Below, piece by piece: positions 1 to 9,888 of a stretch of 64,000 nucleotides of DNA (positions are counted from its first letter, which is position 1; each line of letters opens with the position of its first letter). The notes under the pieces were generated by a model. It was not told where the DNA came from. It ran no database searches and saw only the letters and a list, made by a program, of their open reading frames with translations. The stretch is taken from IMG/VR virus record IMGVR_UViG_3300025425_001694; one strand, written 5' to 3'. Made by a program: the position numbers and the translations under genes. The DNA is from a virus.

Positions 1-10
1 AAACGAAATG

Positions 11-460
11 TCAATAGTTAATTTGGAGTCTCTTTAAAAAGTCTACTTTATTTTCTATCTCAACATCAGGAATAGGATCACCACCCCAATGCAGTATTGA
101 TTGACGCTGGCGTATACGCTTGGTCATATTTCCGTTGCCATTTTTCTTTACTTGTGCTCCGTGCCGTGCTACAAAAGAATTATGTCTCTTTATCTGACGG
201 GCATCTAGAGCTTCTATACGACGTCCTTGATAATATCTTAGATACCATTGAAACCAACCCATTGGATCTTCAGGAGTGATCCAGCCACGGTCTTGCCAAT
301 CCTTAAGAGGAAGCGACACGTTTGGTGCAAACAAATTTTTCAATCGTATTACAGGTTTGCGATTGAAATCTTTATTAGTATCAAGATAATACTTACCATC
401 AAATATGCCCAATTCTAACATTTCGTAAGGTGTGAATATCGGTGCAAATTTTATCTTCAT
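11..460 (-). CDS. conserved hypothetical protein (GWFQWY-RY motif family)
   Basis: 149-aa ORF with DPMGWFQWYLRYYQGRR motif; its stop overlaps a TTGACA promoter repeat. Confidence 0.6.
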   Translation of the reverse strand: MKIKFAPIFTPYEMLELGIFDGKYYLDTNKDFNRKPVIRLKNLFAPNVSLPLKDWQDRGWITPEDPMGWFQWYLRYYQGRRIEALDARQIKRHNSFVARHGAQVKKNGNGNMTKRIRQRQSILHWGGDPIPDVEIENKVDFLKRLQINY

Positions 461-697
461 TTAGTTTATTGCAAAAGGAACGTTAACTTCCAACCAACGA
501 ACACAATCTGAAGGCGATGTAAAGTTTTCTTCGTCGGAAATCATTAGGTTATTAGGATCTTCATAAGAAGCAACCCAACCAACGGTATCTACATATTCAA
601 CAAAACATTTAAGAACGGCATTTGTAGATGTATAGAAATTTTCAAACTTGTCAGAAGATTTGAATTTCATCATTGAGTTAAAAATATCGTTTGACAT
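461..697 (-). CDS. hypothetical protein
   Basis: ORF 461..754; likely start MSNDIF at 697 after an AAGGA RBS, downstream of the promoter at 726-763. Confidence 0.55.
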   Translation of the reverse strand: MSNDIFNSMMKFKSSDKFENFYTSTNAVLKCFVEYVDTVGWVASYEDPNNLMISDEENFTSPSDCVRWLEVNVPFAIN

Positions 698-725
698 GTT
701 GTATTCCTTTTCATTTGTTAATATC

Positions 726-763
726 AATATAACTGATTCTAAAGAGAATGTCAATAGTTAATT
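726..763 (-). promoter_or_regulatory. sigma70-type early promoter repeat
   Basis: AATTAACTA-TTGACA-17 bp (contains TAGAATCAG)-TATATT on the minus strand. Confidence 0.8.
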
Positions 764-963
764 TTAAAATAACTACAAAAATCTCTAGCGTCATGCGCAA
801 ATTCAAAAAAGAAAGTGTCTTCATACATATTGGTGTTTTGTTTATAGGTCCATTGTGATTGATTCATATGTGTTTTGCAATAATCCTTTGCATTATTTCT
901 CACATCAACGTGAATATGAACTATGTGATTTTTTTTATGGTTTGATATATCTAACGGTGTCAT
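751..963 (-). CDS. hypothetical protein
   Basis: 70-aa ORF with GAAGGA RBS; ends INY* within the promoter repeat. Confidence 0.6.
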   Translation of the reverse strand: MTPLDISNHKKNHIVHIHVDVRNNAKDYCKTHMNQSQWTYKQNTNMYEDTFFFEFAHDARDFCSYFKINY

Positions 964-992
964 ATCGATTTCCTTCGTGATTTAAGCACGTT

Positions 993-1000
993 TATAAATA
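993..1000 (+). promoter_or_regulatory. T4-type late promoter TATAAATA (others at 17028, 26153, 32860, 40737, 44988, 46849, 49350, 57113)
   Basis: exact gp55 consensus in intergenic positions upstream of genes; gp55 and gp33 are in the window. Confidence 0.7.
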
Positions 1001-1065
1001 GTTATGATCTATACAATCATCTGCTTTGAATTATATTATTGTAATTATTTAAACAATTTAGGTTT

Positions 1066-1554
1066 ATGACAATGATTGATCCGATTACAGCAATTGCAGC
1101 TGCCACCACCGCGTTTAATACTGTTAAAAGATTTGTTCACGCTGGGCAAGAATTTGAAAACGTGGCAGGACAACTTGGGAAGTGGTATACAGCTGCAGCC
1201 GACTTTAGGCATGCCCAGGCTGAAAGTAAAAATCCTCCAATTTTTAAAAAATTATTTCAGGCTGGAAGCGTTGAAGAAGAAGCATTAGCAATCTTAATTC
1301 ACGAAAAGAAATTAGTTGAACAAGAAAAAGAATTAGCGCAGTTACTTAATATGCGATTTGGTTGGGGTACTATGGACGAACTCAAACAAATGAGAAGAAA
1401 AATCCGGGCCAGACGACAAGAAACAGTATATAAACAAATCGAAAGAAAAAAAGCTTTAATGGATGGGATTGTGGTCACAATCTTAATTGCCCTTTGTATA
1501 GCATTGATAGGGGGTGGCGGGTGGCTAATAGGAGTAGCTACTGGGGCATGGTAA
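1066..1554 (+). CDS. hypothetical membrane protein
   Basis: MIDPITAIAAA N-terminus, coiled coil, C-terminal TM helix; follows a late promoter. Confidence 0.65.
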   Translation: MTMIDPITAIAAATTAFNTVKRFVHAGQEFENVAGQLGKWYTAAADFRHAQAESKNPPIFKKLFQAGSVEEEALAILIHEKKLVEQEKELAQLLNMRFGWGTMDELKQMRRKIRARRQETVYKQIERKKALMDGIVVTILIALCIALIGGGGWLIGVATGAW

Positions 1555-1745
1555 TCCTGTTATTATATTCCGTGACTCTTTCTCATGCGTGGATTAATAA
1601 TAGTAATACTTTAGTAAAAATATGTAGGTATTCTGTTGTAAATGAAATAGGCAAGAGCGTAAGTAGCAACCCTCGCCAAATATCAATACATTATATGAGT
1701 GTATGCCCAAAGTCAATCGAAGTAAATAAATAAGTTAAATTAACA

Positions 1746-2042
1746 TTAACCCCAATCTTTAAAACCCATAATAACGGTTTCGTTAAACTCAAAACCTGCA
1801 TAATAGGCTTCTTTTTCAACGCTAGTTAAATCAGTAATTTTTTCCGACGTATTAGTTCCACCAACAAAATAGTGCGGTTCAAACGAACGGCCGTAATAAC
1901 TATCGGCCGTTCCTCGATCAAAAGGTCCTCCATGACGAGTGTCGCCTGAATCATCTCCTACATCATAGACACGGCCGCGATATTCAAAAGTTTGTGATTT
2001 TTCGTGATACATCATTACATTACCAAATTCTATTTTAATCAT
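1746..2042 (-). CDS. conserved phage hypothetical protein
   Basis: 98-aa ORF with HGGPFDRGTADSYYGR motif; translationally coupled to pcyX. Confidence 0.6.
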   Translation of the reverse strand: MIKIEFGNVMMYHEKSQTFEYRGRVYDVGDDSGDTRHGGPFDRGTADSYYGRSFEPHYFVGGTNTSEKITDLTSVEKEAYYAGFEFNETVIMGFKDWG

Positions 2043-2727
2043 TAATTTTAGGAAACAGCATGTCAGTACAAAACTTGTCTACATCTGCTTCGTCCAAACC
2101 CAAACTCTTCATTGTGCGAGGAGTGTGTGGATTTTGTTGTTGATTGTGGCAGTAGTAGTTTTGTGCAGCAACAGTTTCGTTGTATTCGCCCTTACCTGTA
2201 AACTCACCAATTTTACTAAAGTAATCTCGTAGATTATTCTGCGCTAGCGTGATAATGGCAACTGCTTCTTCTTCTGAATTTACATTGCCAGCAGCCAACA
2301 TTTTATCTGTAAAGATATTAGTTGCCCATTCGGGTAATTGCCGCTGTTTTTTAGGAATAAAGTCAGCGACCGATTTTTTGTATCCTACAATCATAGGATG
2401 ATCAATACCGCCACTGCTTGCTGAAAAGTCGTGAAAAGCACCTGTCATTTTGTTTTTGCCAGCAATAACGTCAAAGCCATATATAGGACCGTTATTGTTA
2501 AGCACAGGGAAAACACAAACATGCATCATCCATAAGCCTTTAGTATCACGTGCGTCTACTACATCAATATGTGCCCTGCGTACATGATCATTATGCCAGA
2601 CGCGATTGACCCAGGTGTCGCTGTTGAAGTGCACCAAGCCTGGTTCGTCAAATTCATTTGCTCGTTCATTAAAAATATTAATAATTTCATCTTTGCACTC
2701 TATTAGTCTGTCCCAAATAATACTCAA
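2035..2727 (-). CDS. pcyX: ferredoxin-dependent bilin reductase, PcyX-like
   Basis: RRAHIDVVD...LWMMHVCVFP...PIYGFDVIAG...GAFHDFS and QNYYC..QQQNPHT motifs; Asp55, His69, Asp86 present. Confidence 0.85.
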   Translation of the reverse strand: MSIIWDRLIECKDEIINIFNERANEFDEPGLVHFNSDTWVNRVWHNDHVRRAHIDVVDARDTKGLWMMHVCVFPVLNNNGPIYGFDVIAGKNKMTGAFHDFSASSGGIDHPMIVGYKKSVADFIPKKQRQLPEWATNIFTDKMLAAGNVNSEEEAVAIITLAQNNLRDYFSKIGEFTGKGEYNETVAAQNYYCHNQQQNPHTPRTMKSLGLDEADVDKFCTDMLFPKIND

Positions 2728-2749
2728 TGTTTAACCTCATAATTTATAA

Positions 2750-3025
2750 TTAGGCCGCAAGACCAAGATAATCTGTTTTTAAAACTTGTAAGCGATCGTA
2801 TGCGACGTCCAAGTCGTATTCAGCAGATAATGTTTTCACACATTCTTCAATATGATGGAATTCGTAGAAAGTATCTAAATCCCAGGCTATATCTGAAATA
2901 ATAGAATTCCAATTAATAGAACCATCAGTGTTAATGTTTTCTTTGCTTTCAACAGCAATATCAAAAGCAGCGATGATATCACCGTGGATTGCTGAGCCAT
3001 TTGGAAAATGTACGATTCTAGACAT
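2750..3025 (-). CDS. hypothetical protein
   Basis: 91-aa ORF downstream of a promoter repeat (~3060-3097) with AAGGA RBS. Confidence 0.55.
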   Translation of the reverse strand: MSRIVHFPNGSAIHGDIIAAFDIAVESKENINTDGSINWNSIISDIAWDLDTFYEFHHIEECVKTLSAEYDLDVAYDRLQVLKTDYLGLAA

Positions 3026-3097
3026 AAGACTGATTCCTTTTGTTTTACCTTATAGAATCAATATAAACTAATCAAATAAGAATGTCAACAGTTAATT

Positions 3098-3328
3098 TCA
3101 GTTATATCCTAAAATAGCCGCAAATTCTCTATCTTGTTCGAACCGTTCGGCGTATGCAAACTCAAACCCATCCTCATGAACGCAGTTTTCGTGATTACCC
3201 CACACCCTTTTAAAATAACTATTATATATGCGTTTTACACTTTCGTCACTTTCTGCTGCAGGTATTAAATGACCCTTAACAATCCAGTGTAGTCGGTTAG
3301 CTTCTTTACGTACATATTCTGTACACAT
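3098..3328 (-). CDS. hypothetical protein
   Basis: 76-aa ORF with AGGAGG RBS. Confidence 0.55.
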   Translation of the reverse strand: MCTEYVRKEANRLHWIVKGHLIPAAESDESVKRIYNSYFKRVWGNHENCVHEDGFEFAYAERFEQDREFAAILGYN

Positions 3329-3431
3329 GGTGGAACCTCCTAATAATATAATATTATTTATTCCCCAAATATAAAAATGTTACCGAAAACAAAAATTGTT
3401 AACGGTAACACCAAGTAACTAATTGTTACAT

Positions 3432-4391
3432 TTATAGTCCGGCCGGGACAATCACATAATGTATTAACAATACGATAGCAAGCGATGCTGATAAACCAAT
3501 CATCATTTTCCCAAAGTCTCTACCTACAATTGGGAACACACTTTTTGTTTTCTTTTTGCCCATGAAACTTGCTATAGCAAATTCTCGCCCCGCGAGCATA
3601 CCTACAAAAACCCATGTCGTACTCATTGGAATATCATTAAGTTCTTTGAAGAAGAACAAAATTGCCCAATAGACAAGATCAATAATTGTGGCGGAACGTA
3701 TATATCTAGTATTGTGTTTTTCTAATACGATTTGCTGGATTTTACCGCCGCCTTCACGAAACATAAATCCTAGACCTATAACAAACACACTAGACACCAT
3801 GATCATTAATGGAATATCAAGTGTACGTGGCAAGAATACAGCAATGTTAGCCATATCGTGAGATAACCAAGTAAACCACAGAAACCCCGTAGTTACCCAT
3901 TGTGCTACGCGCCAATAGCCTTTATGTTCTTCCTTAACTGGCTTACTTTCATCTAGCAAACGGCTAACGACATACCAAATACCATATGCCGCAGTAGCCG
4001 CAACAACATAACCCATCATCGATTTCATTAACATTTGTTCTAATACAAACGTACTAGCAAATGCGCTTAATACCAAAAATGATGTTGAAACTGGAACACC
4101 ATAGCGCGTTAACAGCAACAATACAGCTGGGGCCATTGCGTGATACCATTGCACTTCTTGAAATGGTATTTTATTAAGACGGCCGTAAGATATATCGCCG
4201 CCATTCATATACCACCCATACCAAATAGTATAAAGTAAAACAGCACTAGCTGCTGCCCACATAGTTTTCCAATTAAATCTCTCGTTATTTGATGCAATCC
4301 ATGTACCGAGAGTTTGTACAGAATCGTTTGCTATAACAGCATAGGCCGCGAATAGAAATCCTATCGCCATCCATATTGTGAGTGCGTCCAT
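3432..4391 (-). CDS. polytopic membrane transporter, PiT/PHO4-like anion permease
   Basis: many TM helices; internally repeated IANDSVQ / SHDMANI and GVPVSTS / IPMSTT motifs resembling PiT signatures. Confidence 0.55.
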   Translation of the reverse strand: MDALTIWMAIGFLFAAYAVIANDSVQTLGTWIASNNERFNWKTMWAAASAVLLYTIWYGWYMNGGDISYGRLNKIPFQEVQWYHAMAPAVLLLLTRYGVPVSTSFLVLSAFASTFVLEQMLMKSMMGYVVAATAAYGIWYVVSRLLDESKPVKEEHKGYWRVAQWVTTGFLWFTWLSHDMANIAVFLPRTLDIPLMIMVSSVFVIGLGFMFREGGGKIQQIVLEKHNTRYIRSATIIDLVYWAILFFFKELNDIPMSTTWVFVGMLAGREFAIASFMGKKKTKSVFPIVGRDFGKMMIGLSASLAIVLLIHYVIVPAGL

Positions 4392-4433
4392 TGTTTTCTC
4401 CTTTGCTTGACGGCTTTACCCCGTCGCTCACGT

Positions 4434-4461
4434 AAAAAAAAGACAGAGCGATTGCTCTGCC
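4434..4461 (-). terminator. rho-independent terminator
   Basis: GGCAGAGC-AATC-GCTCTGTC followed by a T-run on the minus strand. Confidence 0.65.
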
Positions 4462-4491
4462 TAATTCTATTTATTCACTCATTTAATTTTT

Positions 4492-4920
4492 TTATAGTGC
4501 GACGTCGATATCACCATGATTGTCGAGATGGTCTGGAGCTGTCCATCCAGACGGTTTCACCAAATCTGGCACGCCGAACGGATTTGGTCGACCTTCTTTA
4601 ATACCAACTTCTTTTGCCATGTTTGCAGTATAAACTCGATCCCATGCTTCATTAACATCAACACCAAAAATATCAAGTGTGCCAATAGCAAAAACGCACA
4701 GATCAATAAGACCATCTACAATTTCTTCTGGATCTTTTGCTTCCATTGCATCGAATGTTTCATCGAGTTCTTCTTTACACATCGCCAATCTAAAATTAAG
4801 ATAATTTTCCATGAGTTCGCTGTTGTGCTTGTTTTCTTCAAACCATTCTCGTACACCAAACTTGTGGTGCATCATGTACATGTCGTTTGCCATATCAGCC
4901 ATTATTATATTCTCCTTCAT
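4492..4920 (-). CDS. MazG-like / PRA-PH family NTP pyrophosphohydrolase
   Basis: EELDET...EEIVDGLIDL...VYTANMAK...DLVKPSGWTAP motifs. Confidence 0.75.
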   Translation of the reverse strand: MKENIIMADMANDMYMMHHKFGVREWFEENKHNSELMENYLNFRLAMCKEELDETFDAMEAKDPEEIVDGLIDLCVFAIGTLDIFGVDVNEAWDRVYTANMAKEVGIKEGRPNPFGVPDLVKPSGWTAPDHLDNHGDIDVAL

Positions 4921-4962
4921 TATTCATTATATAAATTAATTTAACACAGTAAGCGTGTTTTG

Positions 4963-5148
4963 TCAACTGTTAGTTTTAAGTTTATCTAGGTAATTAATTT
5001 CATCTTTTAGTTTTAGTTTTTCAACCTTAGCCTTTTTAATATAAACCTCAGGAGCCTTTTCGGCTTCTAAAGAATTTACTGTATCGTGCAATTTTTTATG
5101 GCGTTCTTCTAATAGTTTAATTCTGTGAATTCTGTCTTCGTTTTTCAT
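4963..5148 (-). CDS. DUF465 (YdcH-like) small coiled-coil protein
   Basis: LEERHKKLH...KVEKLKLKDEI. Confidence 0.65.
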   Translation of the reverse strand: MKNEDRIHRIKLLEERHKKLHDTVNSLEAEKAPEVYIKKAKVEKLKLKDEINYLDKLKTNS

Positions 5149-5160
5149 AATTGCTTTCCT

Positions 5161-7689
5161 TTATACAAAAAAGTTTTCAAGAGTATCCACTTTTACAGCA
5201 TTCCAACCAACAGCTTCAAGAATACTTTCAATTGGACTTAAGAATACTTTATTGAATTGTGTTTCATAATCTACATATTGATCTAAACCTAATTGACTTG
5301 GTAAAATGCTTGGGAATGAAATGATATTTTCTCGAATTGGGTTTGGCAGTTTTAAATACACAAATTTAATTTTATCGCCACCTTTAACGGTTTCGTACGT
5401 TTTGTTTAGACCTTTTTCTTTAAGAAATTTGTTATATAAAATAGCCCCACGAACATGCATTGGGCAACCTTTTTTATATGTTCCACTTGACATATATTTT
5501 TCAATGTTATCAGTACCACTGTTACGCCCAATCGAAGTGGCCGGAAGGCTGTAGAATGTTTGGCGGAATTCCTCAACAAAGTCTTGAACATTTTGCTCAG
5601 TACCTTGCATAATAACCTCGAACGATTCTTTAAGTTTATCGCGGCATACTTCAGGAGTTGAAGACCGAACAGATTCCAAACCAGTTACTGAAACTTTTGG
5701 TTTTTCGTAATGAACACCTTCTGAATTAAGCGTATTCATAATATAGCGTTTCTTTGCAATGAAAATAGATTTATCAGTAATTTTTTCTCGTTTCATAACC
5801 ATAGCCTGGCGATATGCGCCAACTTGCTTTGCTAATTTAATATATCCATCTTCAATTACTCTTTCTATTTTTAGTTTACATACTTTATCTAGATATTCTT
5901 CGCCTTCTTTACGACTAACATCAACAGTACCAAAACCTTTTTCAACAAGCGGAGCCATGTTAACATAAATTGAGTCAGTATCAATATAGAAAATATAATC
6001 AGCGTCAGTCTTAAGTATTTTGTTTAAATAATTGTTTACAGACTTCTGGGCATACCGAATAGATAACTGTCCTGACGTAGTAATTGCTTCGGCCATGTCA
6101 TTAATATAGTAAAGAAAATATACATTAGCCATTGCGCCGTACAACGAATTCATGCTAATTTTGATGGCCATTTGCGAGTTATGTAGTTGGGTTGTAATTC
6201 TTTTAAGATCAGATTTTTTAGTTGAATCAGTCGCGTTTTCGAGTTCTTGCTCAACCCCAAGCATCTTTTGTTTAATAACTTTACGATTGTTATAATATTC
6301 ATCAATGATTTCTGGAATTACACCTTTCTTTTCGTTTGAAAAACAAGCGCCGTTTGCTGCTACAGAATAGTTAGGATTGTCGTTTTGAAACTTATCTTCA
6401 AGTATCATATCTTGAGATACATATTGGCGTTCATTTTCCATGTATGTTTCGGGCGACATATTGTATTGAAGCATAAGGTGTGGATACAATGAATTCAAAT
6501 CAAACGATACAATCCAAGGATGCATGCCAACTTTTGGATCTTTTACATACCCGCCGACCAAATCTCCTGCTCTTTGCCCTGGCCCGCCTTTTATATGTGG
6601 TACTTTATTCTCTTTAATCAGTCTACGGTAAATTGTAGTTTCCCATATACCAACAGTACCAAATGCATCAGAATAATTAACACCGCCACCATATGCAACT
6701 GTTAAAACAAGAGATAACAAACCAGTTTCTTTTTCAAACTCTTCAACAAGCCACGTATCTTTAAGGTTATAGTCAAGATACAGTTGTGGGTTTTGGTCAT
6801 ACAACGCCGTGAGATTTCCATATTCAGAATAGTCAAGTTTCTTTTCCCCAAGGATAACACTTGCGATATGGTCTAGTTTATATGTTTCTTGCGGTCCATA
6901 CTTATAACCAAACTTTTTGAAAGCATCCATATAGTCAATCACGGTCATACCGGAAATATGGTATGTTGATTGTGGTTTACCAAAGAATTCGCGAGTACTT
7001 TTACGAATATTTCTCCAGGGAGATAATTGCTTTGCCTTTTCTTCACCAAGCAATCTAATAATACGTGTAACAACATACATAATATCAAAGTATTCAACGT
7101 TCCAACCAGTAACCACATCAGGAAAGTTATTAGACCAAATTTGAATAAACCGTCGGAGCAGAGCTTCTTCAGTATCGAATTTCATAAACTCGATATTTTC
7201 AGGTTTGACGTCAACTAGTGTTTTGTACTTATCGTAATCTTTACGTCCGAGCAAATGGTGCGTATCAGACTTTGTCGATTTAATTGATATAGATGTAATT
7301 TCTTTATCGGCTGCATCGATATCAGGATAACCGTCTCGAATATCAACCTCAATATCAAACGAAACAATATTAATTTTTTTCATATCAAATTTAATATCGT
7401 TTGGATATTTTTCCTGAATGAATTGCGCTACATAGTTTGTATTGCCATACATTTCAAACCCGTGAACATCCTTGTGACGATCAATAAATTCCTTTGCATC
7501 AAACATTGATTCACAGGGGCGAGGAGAAAGTGCGCGGTTACCAATTAATGAACGGTATTCACCGTCTCGATCTGGGAGAAACAATGTGGGGGCGTATTTT
7601 TCCTTGCGCATGAATGGCTTGCCGTTTTCGTAACCGCGCCAGAGAATGTTGTTACCATAGCGTTCAACGTTTGTGTAAAAATTAGACAT
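5161..7689 (-). CDS. gp43: family B DNA polymerase
   Basis: FDIEV (ExoI), GWNVEYFD, SFDLNSLYP, KISMNSLYG, YIDTDS, KKRY. Confidence 0.97.
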   Translation of the reverse strand: MSNFYTNVERYGNNILWRGYENGKPFMRKEKYAPTLFLPDRDGEYRSLIGNRALSPRPCESMFDAKEFIDRHKDVHGFEMYGNTNYVAQFIQEKYPNDIKFDMKKINIVSFDIEVDIRDGYPDIDAADKEITSISIKSTKSDTHHLLGRKDYDKYKTLVDVKPENIEFMKFDTEEALLRRFIQIWSNNFPDVVTGWNVEYFDIMYVVTRIIRLLGEEKAKQLSPWRNIRKSTREFFGKPQSTYHISGMTVIDYMDAFKKFGYKYGPQETYKLDHIASVILGEKKLDYSEYGNLTALYDQNPQLYLDYNLKDTWLVEEFEKETGLLSLVLTVAYGGGVNYSDAFGTVGIWETTIYRRLIKENKVPHIKGGPGQRAGDLVGGYVKDPKVGMHPWIVSFDLNSLYPHLMLQYNMSPETYMENERQYVSQDMILEDKFQNDNPNYSVAANGACFSNEKKGVIPEIIDEYYNNRKVIKQKMLGVEQELENATDSTKKSDLKRITTQLHNSQMAIKISMNSLYGAMANVYFLYYINDMAEAITTSGQLSIRYAQKSVNNYLNKILKTDADYIFYIDTDSIYVNMAPLVEKGFGTVDVSRKEGEEYLDKVCKLKIERVIEDGYIKLAKQVGAYRQAMVMKREKITDKSIFIAKKRYIMNTLNSEGVHYEKPKVSVTGLESVRSSTPEVCRDKLKESFEVIMQGTEQNVQDFVEEFRQTFYSLPATSIGRNSGTDNIEKYMSSGTYKKGCPMHVRGAILYNKFLKEKGLNKTYETVKGGDKIKFVYLKLPNPIRENIISFPSILPSQLGLDQYVDYETQFNKVFLSPIESILEAVGWNAVKVDTLENFFV

Positions 7690-7749
7690 GAGGATCCTTT
7701 TGCTTTATACAGATTATTATATACCAAGATACTGAATATGTAAACTACT

Positions 7750-9705
7750 TTATGCAGCAATCTGACTAAAGTTTTTAATTTTTTCAAATCTGACGTGCGA
7801 TTCAAACTTTTCGCTAAATTGGTCCCCGCGGTGTGAGATCACAAAGATATTGTCGTTATTATTTAAATTATGTAAAGTATCAATTAAGTTTTCAACACCA
7901 GTTGCATCCATTGCGCCATCAAGAGTTTCGTCAAGAATAAGCAAGTTTGTTGAAACTGAATTGCGCAGTTTAGCAACAGCTCGCCAAGACATCATAATAG
8001 AAAGAGTAATCCGAAGCTTCTCGCCTTCAGAAAACGACGAATACGAAAAGGCATCACGGAAACGAGATTTAATTATTTCATTAAAGTTTTCGTCAAGATG
8101 GAAGTCAACAAACAGTTCAAACGCAGACAGATATTTGTTAATAAGTTTATTCATAACTGGAATGTATTGTTTAATAATTCGTGTTTTAATTCCACCATCC
8201 TTGAGCATTGTATTCACTACACTCAATGTTTCTTTTTTATCAAACAATTCGTTTTGTTCAGACTGCAATAGTTTAAGGTTTGTATTATAACCATCAAGCT
8301 TACTCGTGTCAACTTCTTCAACTTCTTTTTCTGCGTCGTCAAGTTCTTTTTTATACGACTTGAGTGCATTCATCGACATTTTAATTTGAGCTCTATATTC
8401 TCCAATATTTAAATTGTTTTCCTGAATTTTATCTTCAACATTTGAAATTTCTTCAATTCTTGATTCACATTCATTTATCTTTTCCAATAAATTACCAAGA
8501 CCGTCTTCTATTTCAGTAACCTTATTACCCTTTTCAGTAATAACGTTTTCCTTGAAATCGTGATCAATACCTTGTTTGCAAGTAGGGCAATTATCATTAT
8601 CGTGGTAAAAGCTCAAATCTTTTTTATATGTTCTAATGTTATTTTCTAATTCACGCTGTAAACCTTTTGCATTTTCTAGACGCTTTTTAATTGTTTGTTT
8701 ATCAGATATAGTTCCAATAAGATCTTTGATTGTCGTTTCAACTTTTTCAATTTCATCTTTTTCTGTTTCTATTTTTTCAAGATGAGCTTGGATTCTTTCT
8801 TTAATTTTGTTAACTTCCGTTTCCTTAATTTTTAAAATAGAATCATTATGTTCTTTTGCACTTTCAATCTTTGAATCTATAATATCTATTTGATAGTTAT
8901 TTTCCGTTATAGATTCTTTGTTTGTAGAAACTTTATCTTTTAGTAAATTATTCATTGTACTAAAAACTTGGATGTCAAGTAGATCTTCAATTATTTCACG
9001 GCGAGAGTGCGCTGGAAGCTCCATAAAAGGAACATACGTAGCACTACCCAATACCACAATTTGATTAAACGACTTATAATTTAGGCCGAGAATGTTTTGT
9101 TCCAAATACGATTGGTAATCTCTTGATGCGGCATCTTGGTCAACCAATTCACCACCGCGATAAATTTCAAAGATATTTGGTTTAATACCACGACGAATTA
9201 AATACTCATTTCCTGAAACTAAAAATTCAATTTCAACTACAGCATCTTTTTGATTAATAGAGTTTACTAACTGTGGTTTATTTACTTTACGAAACGGTTT
9301 TCCATATAAAGCAAAAGTAATAGCATCAAGCATTGTGGAATTGTGACTTACAATACCATTAGCGTAAAATTCTTTTACATCTTCAATCTGTAAATCAAAC
9401 AAATCTTCGGTAAAGTCTTGCTTAACAACAGATATAACTTTTTCAAAACCGTCTTTGGTATCTAGATATTCTCCAGGTTTTATATTTTTAATTGGTATCC
9501 AATCGGAGCTATACAGCATGTGATCTGGAGATCCTTCTACTGATTTGCCGGATTCCAAAACTACCTTCATAACTTCAGAATCGTATGCAGTTACATCAGC
9601 ATATTCTATTCGTTTTTTACCTTGGCGAGTGGTGGTAGTAAGACCGCCAATACATTCTGGATGGTGCTTATAAAATTCAACAATCGTTTCAATGTTTGTT
9701 AACAT
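7750..9705 (-). CDS. gp46: recombination endonuclease subunit gp46 (Rad50/SbcC), C-terminal half fused to IntC
   Basis: intein C part ending FYANGIVSHN, then STMLDAITFALYGKPFR; CPTC hook, FSEGEK signature, LILDE Walker B, ISH. Confidence 0.93.
   Translation of the reverse strand: MLTNIETIVEFYKHHPECIGGLTTTTRQGKKRIEYADVTAYDSEVMKVVLESGKSVEGSPDHMLYSSDWIPIKNIKPGEYLDTKDGFEKVISVVKQDFTEDLFDLQIEDVKEFYANGIVSHNSTMLDAITFALYGKPFRKVNKPQLVNSINQKDAVVEIEFLVSGNEYLIRRGIKPNIFEIYRGGELVDQDAASRDYQSYLEQNILGLNYKSFNQIVVLGSATYVPFMELPAHSRREIIEDLLDIQVFSTMNNLLKDKVSTNKESITENNYQIDIIDSKIESAKEHNDSILKIKETEVNKIKERIQAHLEKIETEKDEIEKVETTIKDLIGTISDKQTIKKRLENAKGLQRELENNIRTYKKDLSFYHDNDNCPTCKQGIDHDFKENVITEKGNKVTEIEDGLGNLLEKINECESRIEEISNVEDKIQENNLNIGEYRAQIKMSMNALKSYKKELDDAEKEVEEVDTSKLDGYNTNLKLLQSEQNELFDKKETLSVVNTMLKDGGIKTRIIKQYIPVMNKLINKYLSAFELFVDFHLDENFNEIIKSRFRDAFSYSSFSEGEKLRITLSIMMSWRAVAKLRNSVSTNLLILDETLDGAMDATGVENLIDTLHNLNNNDNIFVISHRGDQFSEKFESHVRFEKIKNFSQIAA
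9340..9705 (-). mobile_element. split intein C-fragment (~122 aa, includes block B)
   Basis: block B GSPDHMLY, block F LFDLQI, block G NGIVSHN|S. Confidence 0.9.
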
Positions 9706-9865
9706 AATTTTCAATCTCATTAATAGTTACAACGCCTAATGGAACAAATCTTTTAATAATTTGTTCTTTCGTCATTAATTCATCTCTAAATAAATGCAAA
9801 AGATATTCTTCTACATCACTGTATGGTTTGTCGCACAAAGGACATGATAAACTCATTATATTCAT
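9689..9865 (-). CDS. 58-aa Zn-finger-like ORF between the gp46 halves (not in ORF track)
   Basis: translated by hand: MNIMSLSCPLCDKPYSDVEEYLLHLFRDELMTKEQIIKRFVPLGVVTINEIENYVNKH*; its 3' end overlaps the IntC start. Confidence 0.6.
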   Translation of the reverse strand: MNIMSLSCPLCDKPYSDVEEYLLHLFRDELMTKEQIIKRFVPLGVVTINEIENYVNKH

Positions 9866-9888
9866 CCGTTTCTTTTAATATGAAAGCA

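Noticed and set aside
5161-7689. Inteins in gp43 (also checked gp41, uvsX, uvsW)
   Set aside because: Lengths are normal and no intein motifs were seen
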